Of a stretch of 64,000 nucleotides of DNA, positions 29,408 to 41,464 are shown piece after piece. How positions within the stretch are numbered: the stretch's first letter is position 1; each line of letters opens with the position of its first letter. The notes below the pieces were generated by a model. It did no database searches, had not been told where the DNA came from, and saw only the letters and a list, made by a program, of their open reading frames with translations. This stretch comes from Podarcis tiliguerta (taxonomy: Eukaryota), in NCBI GenBank assembly GCA_965153285.1, contig OZ229112.1. One strand, 5' to 3'. A program made the translations under genes and the position numbers.

Positions 29408-30593
29408 TGTATGGGGTGTTAAGGGAGGGTAGTACCTCTGGTGGGGGACACATGCTCCTCCTGGGGTAATTTGCTCACTTTTGGCTCCCACCCTGCACTC
29501 ACCTGTGGCTCCTAGAAGCCGTCAGCATGTGACAGCGGCCACACCCCGGGAAAGGCTTCAACTGGCCAGCTAAACCCGGCAAGGGTAGCTGATGGGCCTC
29601 AAACTCTTGGTGAGTTAGGGACTTCCCCTGCCTGCAAAGACAGGCTCTGGAGGATTGAGCAGATGTGACCAATAGTGAGTCCAATGGTCAAGAAGGTGGT
29701 TTCCGCATGTGCTGTAGAGGGAAGTGAGGGACAGAAGGGGCACATCAACCTGGAAAGGTAGCCCCTCTAGGAGAAGGAAAACTCTGATCCTAAACCTCCA
29801 CTGCCTTGCAGGATATCTTCAGGAGAAGAAAAGGCTGAGGAGCAAACCCTACCCAAATCCGGAGTGGAGTCCCTTCTTAATCTAACACACATTTATGTTG
29901 GAGTTCATAGTATATGTGCAGCTTGGCAAATGAGCAATTAGTGTTTTGACTATAGGCTAGGGAGACAGAGCACGGAATAAATTTGCCTGGATTAGAGGAC
30001 CTAGTAATAGCTCGGTGGTTGGCTGAGGTCTCTCATATAGGCAGCATGTCCTATGACATCGTTTGGCTAGTTAGGAGTATTCTGGAGTGCTTGGAGAGTG
30101 ATGAGGTTTGTGTCTGTATATAGTAACTTGTATATAGCTTGTGAGTTTACTGCCATATATATATACTACAAAATCAAGCTACTAGTCCTCAGCTTTGTTC
30201 CTGACTGTCTCCATTGTTGCCTAGGAAAAGCTGCACTACTCTGCTAAGTTGTGCATCACTGAAGAAGTTAAGAGGTGAAGAGACTGGTCCTAGTAGCATG
30301 CAAAAGGACTTCAGAAAGTGCTCACAGGCTTCGGAGTTTTAACAGTCTTGTATGCCTCCTTCAAGCAACTCCTGCAGCCCAGCTGGTGCCAAACATATTG
30401 CTCTGCTTTCCTTTTTGGACCACATCAGAGAAAGCCGAGAGGGGGGTTATGTTGTCTGGGCAGCCCAGGGCCTCTTTACACACTGCCCAGGCTTGCGCCT
30501 TGGCAGGTCACTTTGGTGCTTCTACAGCAATGGTTTGACTTCACCCCGAAAGGTGCACTCCATTGTCTCCGGCAACAAATGGATGCCCACAAC
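29408..30593 (+). mobile_element. Non-autonomous RTE-clade retroposon (5'UTR + 3' end), interrupted at ~29873-30346
   Basis: 5' arm resembles RTE-1 5'UTRs and 3' arm ends in RTE-like CCATTGTCTCC...GGATGCCCACAAC (both from memory); AATGGGT duplicated at 29401-29407 and 30594-30600. Confidence 0.72.
29896..30344. mobile_element. Possible solo LTR nested in the RTE derivative
   Basis: ~450-bp unrelated segment with TGTTG...TAACA termini splitting the host element; no clear TSD. Confidence 0.4.
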
Positions 30594-32233
30594 AATGGGT
30601 ACAATAAGGGCATGTGTTAGCTAAGAATGATGTGGACTATAGGTGGAATATAATTTCAATTTAATTTTCTCTCCACAAGGAATACATTATGTATGTTTGT
30701 CAAATAGCCATTAACAGCATTTCCCCTGCTAGTAAAAGGGTAAGAGCACATGATTCAATGCCATGGAAAATTATTGTTATTACAAGGCAGTATCTAACAG
30801 TGACTTTGTGTTCTGCTTTTGCAAAAGAAAAGAAGAGTCTACACTATAGGATCTCAGTCTTTGCCATCACCTGCTATCACATCATACTTTTCATAAACAT
30901 ATAAAGTTATTTTTCTACCAACAGGATTATTGATTATCAGTTTGCTTCAGGAACACAGTTCATCATCCCCTCCCTCCCAAGGCCAGCTGAATTTTGATTC
31001 AGGAAGCACAAATTTAAATATTCCCTGGCGTTATGTGATTGAAGTATCTGAAAAGCAAATATTGTCCAAACAGTGCAAGATTTCTACATAAATTTTAAGA
31101 GAGATAATAGGCAAGCACATCTTACCTAAAACATTTGCTATTAAACGTCTCCCTTCTTAATCAAACACACATTTATGATGAATTGGCATTTAATAAACAG
31201 TTGCTCTTTGTATTTTGCCATCTCTGATCAAGTAAGAATTCGGGGGGGGGGGTGAACACTCCTCCTCTGTTAAAAGACCATGCAAGCCTTAAGGCAGCTG
31301 TGCCAAGACAAATGGTCATAACTAAAATCAAGTTGATCTGTAAGTTAAAGAAATATGACTTGGGTGTCCAGTCCACCAAAATCAAAGGAAATGAAGAGAA
31401 ATAAAATAAAATGATAGATGGCTACAAAATAATCTCAAGGCCAAATTACACATTACACATGAGATGTGTGATAGAATCTTTCATTGTTCCCCTTCTTCTT
31501 TAAGGCAGTCACAAGGGCCTCCAAATTTGATCATAACAATGGGAGAGTTTTAAGCTTTCCTCCTGCACTGTTTCCCTGACCTAAGTATTCCCCCCCCCCC
31601 AATGAAAGCTGCTTTTCCTTGTGGTGGGGGGATATCACGGTAATCCAATCTTGTTGAAGGTGGATAATCGCCAAGTACACTTTTTCAAATATGTATTTTC
31701 CCATTGCATTTTTTGCTGATGCTCTGTCTTTGGAGGCCAGCAGAGATTTAACATTTGCTCATCCCTGCAAGAGCACACAGTCCATTTTTCCAGCGCTACA
31801 GCTATCCAACTCAAATTTGGCACTAGTCATGGTTAATGCTCACTATATTTGCTGTTAAAGAAGACTGAGAAGCAAACTGGTTTCAAAACCCAACAGCTGA
31901 CAGGAATGGTGCTTGTAATCTGACAGTGTACTCTTGAACGATTATTAAAGGACTGAGAACAATGTGTGTGTACTGGAGCTTGTGAAGCTCACAAATACTC
32001 TTGGCACTCTTCTAGTCAACCCTCAAGATTTGTTATTCTAAAGAGCACTAAACTCACACAGGTTATAGAACAATGTGGGAGAACAATTCACAATGTGGGA
32101 CCAATGTAATATTTTTTTAAAAAACCCTGTTTTATAGATTTATAGCACTACTTCTTAGTGCTATAAGAAGTATAGCACTAAGGATGATAATTCTCATTTC
32201 CCTTCAATATATGTAAACTATTCTAATGGTTTA

Positions 32234-32474
32234 CAGTGGTACCTTGTTCTCGAACTTAATCCATTCTGGGAGTCCGTTCGACTCCCGAAACCCTTCGGAA
32301 ACCAAGGTGTGGCTTGCGGTTGGCTGCAGGAGCTTCCTGCACTCAAATGGAAGCCACGTCAGACATTCAGCTTCCGAAAAATGTTCGCAAACCGGAACAC
32401 TTACTTCTGGGTTTGTGGCATTCGGGAGCCGATTTGTCCGGGAGCCAAGCTGTTTGAATAACAAGGTACCACTG
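32234..32474. mobile_element. Tc1/mariner (Tigger/pogo-type) MITE
   Basis: TIRs CAGTGGTACCTTGTT / AACAAGGTACCACTG, TA duplication. Confidence 0.85.
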
Positions 32475-32528
32475 TACTTAGATTTCACATGATCCAAATG
32501 TTTTGGGTCTCCTATAGGTTTCACTATA

Positions 32529-32697
32529 TAGTCGTACCTCCATTTACGTAAACTTTGGGATGCGCACACGGCAAATCCAGAAGTATGTTACCAGGTTTCA
32601 CTGCGCGCATGCACAGAAGCGGTCCTCAGGTTGCGGAAACCTCGGGATCCGACCGGACCTCCGGCACAGATCCTGTCCGCAACCGGAGGCACCACTG
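32529..32697. mobile_element. Tc1/mariner-type MITE
   Basis: Degenerate TIRs TAGTCGTACCTCC / GGAGGCACCACTG, TA flanks. Confidence 0.75.
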
Positions 32698-32868
32698 TAC
32701 TTAAAAAGAATGGCTCTGTTCCTGAAAGCAAGTAATCTATCTTTAAGAACCAAGGAGATATTATTTGCTTGACAATGCAACTCTGGCTTATGAAATCTAT
32801 TCTGACTAGTTTTTAAGTATCTGAGGGCACTGAGCCAATTCAAAAGTATTCCATTTTGTAGGGGAAAC

Positions 32869-32910
<42 letters not shown>
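32869..32910. repeat. Compound (TG)n(AG)n microsatellite
   Basis: Directly visible. Confidence 0.95.
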
Positions 32911-32915
<5 letters not shown>

Positions 32916-34496
32916 ATTATATAAACACATACACAAGCAGGGCACTTCCCAAGTAGATTTCAGGCAACAGCAAACTGGATTAAATTGCAAAATTAATTAG
33001 CAAGTCACAGACTTTTTGCTACCTGATTCTTGAATTTTGTCTTCCCATCAAAATTAAGTTGTAGGATTTTTCAGAAAATTTACTATGATTATGAGAAAGC
33101 ATTTGGACAGAAATAGTTGTTTTCATAATAAAAATAATAAGATAAAGGAGAATGGGAGTGATTGCAATTTATTCCCTGGATGGTCTGTTTGAATTAATGA
33201 GGATTCCTCTATATGAGTTGCATAACCTATTGGGTTTTTTTTTTAATGCAGTTGCACAAAAAATGGACACAAAATTCAAAAATGAAATATCAATAAAACT
33301 GCATGGTGTAAGGGAAAATAAGACAAAGTCAAAATCTCTAAAATCAGAGAGGCTGTTTTACCATTGTGGATGAAGTTTATGCTTTTTTAACTTCTGTCCA
33401 TCACTTAAAGCATGTAAAATGTTGCTGTAACATCAACAGCTGTAAAAACAGTGCCTTGCCAAAGGAGAAATGTGTTAGCATCACAGCTGCTTTGCTTAGG
33501 GAAAACATACTTTGCGTTTTGAGTATTGAATCCAAAAGATGAACTGCAAAGACCAAAAGATGAACTCCCATGTAAAACTTTTTTACTTGGCTTGACTTGG
33601 CTGCCACCTTCTGGGAATGTCTATGAAACATTGGGAAACTTGAGCACAGAAAATAAACATGACGAGCAAGCTGTCAAGTTATAAATAATTCAACATGAGC
33701 ACACTGAAATACCAGCAAAATAACATGAAGCAACAAACATCAGCAATCAGTCAAATTAAATATAAAACACTCTAAAGAGCATGGCAATGGTGGGAAATTT
33801 CAGAAACGGCTTTTATGCATTTAATTAGTTCCACGGTCAACAGAATTCTGCCAGTAGGATAAAGCAGGGGCAAAATTAGGCTTTATATCACCCAGCTCAA
33901 CAATGCAGTTTGGAACACACCCCACACACATTTGTGTACACACACAAACAGAGGCTGGAAGCCTCAATGGCGCCCCTCTGGAGGCTTCACCCGGGGCAAA
34001 AATCCCAGCTAGCTCCCCTGTAGCTATGGCTCTGAATAAAGGGAATATGTGCTTCTGTCCCAAAGCCTGTTACAGTATTTCTCCCTCCCTCCTTCCCTGA
34101 CTTTACACAGACTGAAATCAAGAGCAGACCTTAGGCTCACATGCTTCCACCACCTCTGACCCTGAATAGAATGCAACACAACAAACTTGTCTTTCCCATG
34201 CTTATCTGAACACAGGGTCTCCTCTAACTCTGGATATTAAAACCCCTCTTTTATAGCAATTTGAACATGCAGGTTGAGGTGAGCGCCCATGCTTAGAAAT
34301 CTATTGTGCTGCCTGGATCAGAAGTTATATTTATAAGGAAAGGCAGGAGAGTATGTGGGAAGGCTAGAGAACATGAAGCTTGTTCTAAATATCACTACGT
34401 GTAGAGGATAGGACAGAAACCAAACAGGTCATCGTGCTAAGGAATGCAAAGAAAAATAAATGAGTGAAGTTTATTTAGTGAGCAAAAGTTCTTGGA

Positions 34497-34522
34497 ATAT
34501 ATATATATATATATATATATAT
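34497..34522. repeat. (AT)n microsatellite
   Basis: Directly visible. Confidence 0.95.
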
Positions 34523-34628
34523 TTGCTTTCGTAGATATATATCACACACAGTATATAAAAATAAATGAACCTGGGGTGTTGCTAAGTAGTAAACGTGAGA
34601 AAAAGTATGAAGCATTTGGTATATTTAC

Positions 34629-34768
34629 CATGGTCTCAAGCTGCTTCATTTTCCACATGCAACTCATAGTCATGACCCCTTTTCTTTGAAGAAGGCACTG
34701 CAAAGAGACTTCTAAAGGTCCTTGAACTCCCAAAAGTAACACCTTTTTTCCATCTAGGGTAGTACGTG
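34629..34768 (-). CDS. MTHFD1L: MTHFD1L exon 7
   Basis: 140 nt, ARTTLDGKKVLLLGVQGPLEVSLQCLLQRKGVMTMSCMWKMKQLETM. Confidence 0.92.
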
Positions 34769-35128
34769 CTGGATAGGAGAAGATAACAGTTGCTCCAATT
34801 AGCTACATTGCTGGCAAACTGTACTGGGGAAACAAGTGAACTACAGACATTAATACAGAAGCTTGCCCCCTTCCCCGCAACAATCTCTCATATGGAAAAT
34901 GTTACAATTTTAAAACATTGAATAGGCCAGCATTATGCTCCAGAAACTTTTCTGATGACCAAGACCATCATGTAAGAAGGACAGAAAGATATTTTATCAA
35001 CTCTGACAGATTAATGGACAGAAGAAAGTTTCATGTATTCATAAAAGGAATGACAGTCTTGGCTTGAGTAGCAGAGACGTTGATGGCATCTTGCTAAATT
35101 AAATAAGCTTGCATATGTTGCTCATCTA

Positions 35129-35472
35129 GGTAAAGGTAAAAGGACCCCTGACCGTTAGGTCCAGTTGCAGACAACTCTGGGGTTGTGGCACTCATCTCAC
35201 TTTACTGGCCGAGGGAGCCAGCGTACAGCTTCCGGGTCATGTGGCCAGCATGACTAAGCTGCTTCTGGCGAACCAGAGCAGCGCACAGAAACGCCGTTTA
35301 CCTTCCCACCAGAGCGGTACCTATTTATCTACTTGCCCTTCGTGCTTTCGAACTGCTAGGTTGGCAGGAGCTGGGACCGAACAATGGGAGCTCACCTCAT
35401 CGCGGGGATTCAAGCTGCTGACCTTCTGATCAGCAAGCCCTAGGCTCTGTGGTTTAACTCACAGCGCCACCC
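35129..35472 (-). mobile_element. Sauria SINE, near full length
   Basis: Same family; TSD TTGCT(C/A)ATCTA. Confidence 0.92.
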
Positions 35473-35944
35473 ATTGCTAATCTATCCAGTTTTAATTAGA
35501 TCCAGATCCACACAGACTCAAATGCATCTGACATTCCTTTGCTTACACACCCAGCCGACAAAGCCCTTTCCCTTCCTGGGGAAATGAAGTTGCGGGCTGG
35601 TCGCAAGCCCGCCCCATGCACGGATGACAAGGCCCCCAAACCTGCTTTAAAATGCCACAACTGAAGTAGACATTCTTAGGAAGCTGAATTCTCTGGCCAA
35701 TTAATTACACATTTCATGGTTTTTCTGCATTTCCACAGTTAAAGCACCCAGAAGGCTTTGCTAATAGGTTAATGTAGGTCTACATACATATATATTATGA
35801 TGGCCTTGCATGGTAGAGTCACTGTTTTTCAAGGGAGAAACCATTATCTGACCTGGCCAGATTAGTCACTGCATGGCTGAACTAGCATGTGAACATATTA
35901 AGCACTGTTGCTGAATATAATAAATAACAAACAATTACTTGTAC

Positions 35945-36045
35945 CTAGTTTTTCCAGAAGCTTGACCACCGCACTAGCAGTGGGGGGAATCACACATCCA
36001 TGCATGTCTCCATGCACCAACCTTGCCAAGTTAAAATCTGTTACT
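35945..36045 (-). CDS. MTHFD1L: MTHFD1L exon 6
   Basis: 101 nt, VTDFNLARLVHGDMHGCVIPPTASAVVKLLEKL. Confidence 0.93.
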
Positions 36046-36826
36046 CTGCAATTAAAAATATAGGGGGGGGGGAGAGAGAGTATGTGAGAGACAGCATGTG
36101 TATGTAAAATATAGAAACAAATGCTCACTTATTAACACACACAAACTATAATGGGGTGGTGTAAGCTAGAGTACATGATCATGAGAAACTATAGCTTTAG
36201 TAACCCATTTTCTCTCTGCAGCAGTGTAGCTGCATCCACTGAATGTGCATAAATGCTTCCACTACATTTTAGAATTGCCATTACCAATTTGGTTTGAAAC
36301 AGAACATCACTTCCAGAGAAACTTTGTACCCTTGCCTCTCAATAGTTAATAAAATTCTCAGTTCCTCATCTGTTACAAATTAAATATCTGCTTATACTCA
36401 GGTCAATTCTCCTGGATTTTTTTCAAAGTAAATGAAATGAATAATAGCTTTGAATAATATCTTAGGCAATTAGACTCCATAAAGGCTAAAAACAAGAAAG
36501 TAGATCACCATTTGTCAGGCCAAACTGGAACATACTTAAATTAAATCCTTTATCTATCAAAGCCAAATTAATGGATGCCGTATATATTTTGCTGTCAAAT
36601 TATTTTCAAAATTAGGAACTGGGAATTATGCCTAGGCTAGGATAAGGATTAAATTAAAACCCACTTTCTTTTGTTTTAAGAGAACAGTCAGCCATGTTGA
36701 TGCTCGAAGGCATGCATTTACAGCTGTTGCAAACTAGGTGGGTGGGTGGCACCTCAGAGAGGGCTGGGTGTGGCCTAGAAAACATATAGGTTTGGTTCGT
36801 ACATTAAGAGAAATATACTCATTGAC

Positions 36827-37182
36827 TGCATTCACATGTCACAGTAACCCAATGATGAACAGTTCACCATGAATGCAGAGATAATGCCCACTTTGCTCCC
36901 CCTTGCTAATGAGCAGGCATCGCAAACCATAATCCTTGGCTTAGCACTACATTTGGACTGAGCCATCATGGTTTATTTCACTTCCACAAACCACAATGGT
37001 CAAGCCAAGAACTAACTTTGGCTTCAGAACATAGTTTGGTGCAAAACAAATCACAACCTCCAGCTTAGATGTAATGCTAAGTCAAGGATCATGGTTTGTT
37101 GTTCCCACTTGCTAGAACAGGAGCAATCTCTGCATTCACAGCAAACCATTAACCATGACATACACTGACATGCAAATATGCA
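36827..37182. repeat. Long imperfect inverted repeat (old MITE)
   Basis: Nested arms GAATGCAGAGAT/ATCTCTGCATTC and AAACCATAATCCTTGGCTTAGCACTACAT/ATGTAATGCTAAGTCAAGGATCATGGTTT. Confidence 0.7.
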
Positions 37183-37389
37183 CTTTAATCCACACATTCA
37201 GTCATTTGTCATTTTAATACAGATTATTACAAATGTATTAAAAACGAAATGAAGTAAACAAAGTTAATAAATATTTCTGACTGCAGAGGGAGTGGGTCAT
37301 CTCCCTTCCCTTTCACTGGTGGCAGCAACATCTGGATCCAAGCCCATATGAATCCACATTTTCTGGAGACTGAATAGCATTTAACTTGC

Positions 37390-37514
37390 CCATTCACATC
37401 TTTCTCTGGTTTTACAGCATTCAATATTTTGCTTGTGTATGACTCTTTACTGAGGCGAAGGAGAAGACCATGAATTTTAGGATTCTCATTGAGCTTTACA
37501 ATTTCATCTATAAC
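37390..37514 (-). CDS. MTHFD1L: MTHFD1L exon 5 (GC donor)
   Basis: 125 nt, VIDEIVKLNENPKIHGLLLRLSKESYTSKILNAVKPEKDVNG; the phase-2 junction falls at GG|GCAAGT. Confidence 0.9.
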
Positions 37515-39843
37515 CTAGAAAATAATAGAAAGTTAAGAAATCAGGATTTAAAAATGATCAGCTTGAAGGACATGATCAAATATTAGAATTTTAATATATA
37601 ATGAAAATTGGATCATTTATAAATGGAATCAGACATGATGTTTCGCTTGCAGAAACTGAAAGAATATAGCAAAGGTACACTCACTATTATGATTGTGTGT
37701 TGCTGTAAAAGTCCACCTTTGGGCACTTGAACACTGATCTATCATTCGAAATGCATACTAACTGCTACATCCCACAATACAGTTGTGAGTCAGTACTATA
37801 GTAGTCTAAAGATACCACAATAGGCTGAAGATGGGTGGGAGCTGGTCAAGTAGGGGATCGCAGCACCGACACAGATATACAGTATTTCTAGAACTAGAAG
37901 GAACCCACAACAACCCACAAGGGAAGGACATGGTCGCAGGCCAACAGCAAATTTATTATTTGAAGCATGCCATTTATTAAGTGAAAACGAGACAACAAAT
38001 ATAAAAACATCATCATGGCATGGAAGAATGTCGAATGTATAATGCTTCCAAAATGTGGGCATACAATTTTAACGGAGTGGATTATTTTTACCACATAGGC
38101 GAATGTCTTCTGTTTGTTCTGTGGAATTTTCTGCACTTAAGAACAATACATGGAGAAGAAACTTGTCGCATGGTCAGTGGGAACAGTGTGTCTCATGAAA
38201 GCAGCTCTAGGAAGGGGAAATAGATTTCTAACACTAACGTTAAGATAAGGTGGTAGGATTGGCAGGGGTGGCAACCTCCCCTCCACCCACTCAGCCTCCT
38301 CTCCTCCCACCTTCTTTGTAGCTCCTGCAACCACCACTAGCTGCTTCTGCTTCTGCTTCTCTCTCTCATACTCCCACCATCACAATGTCTCTCCTTTCTC
38401 AGAGCATGAGGCACTGTGGGATGACCAGGCAAGATAGCCTCAAAGAGCTTTGTAGAAGTTTTACATTCCTCTCCATTGTTAGAAGATCTGTTGATATTGT
38501 AAGTGTAGGTTATGACAGCTACTTACGCAGGAATACTGTAATAACTGCAGATTGAAAGCTCGCCCTTATTAATATTCTATTGGTAATGGCCTTACCATGC
38601 AATATAACATACTGTAACTAAACATAGCAGATTTCTTATTGCAATAATGTCTGGGTGAGACACCTGCAATCAAACAGCAGGCAGCCCTCCACAGTACACA
38701 GCTCAAGTTTTCAGAGATAATGTAAATCTGTAGGCAAATGCAATACATTATATATTATTAACAGGGGTGAGCTGAGGACTGAAGACTATCAATCTCAACT
38801 TTGAATTCCTTTGTTATTTTTAGAAAGAGTCATGCTATCCTTAACTACTTCAACGGGACTAAACATGTAATCCATGAGACTCCAACTCATGCCTACTCAC
38901 AAGTATGTTCTGCTGAATACAATGGGTCTTACTCCTAGGTAACTGGGGTTACCTCTGAGTAAACATTCCTTAGGAATAAGAGAGTGCTATTGTGCTCATG
39001 TCCTGTTTTTAGGCTTCCCAAATGCAGAGCTGTTCTTATGGGTATTCAGTTGCAAAACTAAGTGTATTTAAACACAAGGATGTAGTCCTCTTCACACTTA
39101 CACTGATGTAAACCCTACTGAATTTGTGGGCTTATTTCTCAGATGCATAGACTCAGGCACGACACTTCAATGATATATGCAAGTATATGTGCTTTGGATC
39201 ATACTATTAGGCAGTTTACAGGCATGTACCATAGGCAGTGCTTGGGTGGGGTGGGGTGGGGGGGAAACGCACATAAAGATTTTTGCACGTATTTCAAGAA
39301 GCACCACTGGAAGGAAGTGGGCAGAAGAATTTTGCGGCCCCTTCTCCTGTCAGCCCTTCAAATCCCGCAAGAAGCAGACAAGTAACTATATAACCTTTAA
39401 AAAATATCTGAAGGCAGACCTGCATAGGTAGCTTTTTAAGGTTTTATGTTTTGGTATGTTTTTATATATGTTGGAAGCCACCCAAAGTGGCTGGGACAAT
39501 CCAGTCAGATGGGTGGGGTACATATAAATTGTTGTTGTTGTTGTTTGTTAAGCTTCCTGAATGTGATGGGCTATGATGCAGAGCGAACAAGAGGAAAGTG
39601 AGAGATCCTCTCATGGAAGGTGCCTCTACATAAATTTCAGCAAGCCTTCCCACACCACAGCCCAGCCCAGCCCAGCTTATCCAGGAGGACACTCAAACTT
39701 TAGGTAAAGCCTTTGGAAGCTACTGGGGGAAAGAAGGGGTAGGAAAGCCAACAACCCTTTTCTATGAGCTTTTTTCTGAATTCAATCAATTAGCCATTCA
39801 GCACTACTGAATCGGGGGAAGCCCTAAATTCATAAATTATTAC

Positions 39844-39897
39844 CTCATGTTCAGTATAGTTGCGAGGGAGACAAATATGAACAAGGTTCAGGCCAAT
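39844..39897 (-). CDS. MTHFD1L: MTHFD1L exon 4
   Basis: 54 nt, IGLNLVHICLPRNYTEHE; follows a 90-nt intron. Confidence 0.92.
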
Positions 39898-39987
39898 CTG
39901 CAAAGAAAAATGGGAAAAAACATTTTCTAGAAAGACCAACAATTTCTCAGTTTAATTTGGAAGAAACAAGTATTTCCATACTCTCAC

Positions 39988-40038
39988 CTCTTCAGCAATG
40001 TTTTTGATAATTTCTTGCCCCAGATCATCATCGCCAAC
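39988..40038 (-). CDS. MTHFD1L: MTHFD1L exon 3
   Basis: 51 nt, VGDDDLGQEIIKNIAEE, AG/GTGAG flanks. Confidence 0.92.
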
Positions 40039-40949
40039 CTTGAAGGGATTAAAGAAAAGTAAAAAGAGAACTGTAACAAGTTAGGAATGGTGTCAAAGAA
40101 AATGAGACTGTAAACAATTTGTAACTAAAGAAAAAATTGCAATCAATACTTGATGAGAAATTTGCAACTGTGTAAGAAATACGATTTACTGAACTGAATG
40201 GAAATGGTGAGTTTCTTAATATAAAAGGAGTATGTTGCACAATCAAGCACCTTTGGGCAAATTCTTGGCACTGAGTAGCTTGGCTTTGCAAGCCCTATTC
40301 CCAGTTGCTAAAAAACCTATCCCTGATGCTTGCACATTCTTGTGGTTATATAGAAGTGAAGCAATCCCTGACAAGATAAAAATGGAAACATACTAGCTTG
40401 GCTTCCCAGAGCACTCCATAGAAAATTAGAGCACTGGGAAGCAGTACAGAGGATTATAGTCTTTGGTATGTTTTCAGGATGCCAGCAGCCTTACTGCAAG
40501 AAGTCACATCGGTGGGTTGCTTTGTACAGAACAGTTATTTAGTTATCAAATCCAGCTTTAAGAAACCAATGTTTTAATTGGGACTACTCTTGCACCCTCA
40601 GCCCAATTTATCTCATATCAGGTTTTTGGAAAGATAAAAATGAGATAGGCCATGTATTCCGCTGTGAGCTCCTTTGAGGAAGGGCAAAGTATGAATATTT
40701 GAGAGTAGTGAAGGTAATATCTCCTGAAGGTTAGATACTGAACAATCCTCTTACTTGGGAGTAGGTGAGTTGATATCCAGTGTAGCTCCAGAAGAAGACA
40801 TTCCACTTGTACCAATTTCCCTGCTCAAGCTTCAGCTCAGCATGCTAGAGGGCCTCCCTGTCCTCAGAAGTCTCACCACCCTTAACAAATTAGTTCCCAA
40901 GATCCAATACAGGGAAGCCCTGATAACTGAAGTAGTGTAAGAGTGCTTT

Positions 40950-41089
40950 CATAGAATTGCAGAGTTAGAAGGGACCCTGAGGATCATCTAGTCTAACTCA
41001 CTGCAATGCAGGAATATGCAGCTGGCCCATATGGGGATAAAACCCACGACCTTGGCATTATCAGCACCACACTCTAACCAACTGAGCTA
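40950..41089 (-). mobile_element. tRNA-derived SINE with CR1-type tail (Squam2-like)
   Basis: TAGCTCAGTTGGTTAGAG tRNA head, tail ending ATTCTATG; related tail fragment at ~25753-25830 (+). Confidence 0.78.
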
Positions 41090-41464
41090 ATGTATGGTGT
41101 GGATGTGACCAAGATTTTCAGAAGCTGTAGCAGGAAGATCATACACGAAGATTTTTATTTAGGGGAAGTAACATTAAAGATTGTGAAATGGAAAAATTAA
41201 GTCCAGCAGAAATATGGTTTAAACAGCTTCTACTACTGGCCATGTTGGGGATGATGGGGCTTGTAGTTTAGCAATATATGGAGGCCAAAGGTTCCTCACA
41301 CTATCAAATATACCCAATAATGCATTTATCTGGTTTAAAGTAGCTCTGTAGTTAAGAAGATGTTATGATGTGCAAGATAAATGGCCATTCACAGATCTAG
41401 ATCTGTTTTCATAAAGTACTGGTTTGTTGTTTCACTTCTGAAATCATCATCTATAGGGTTTTAC

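Noticed and set aside
41020-41089. tRNA-like sequence
   Set aside because: Mutated T-arm/B box and fused to a CR1-type tail: a SINE head, not a tRNA gene.
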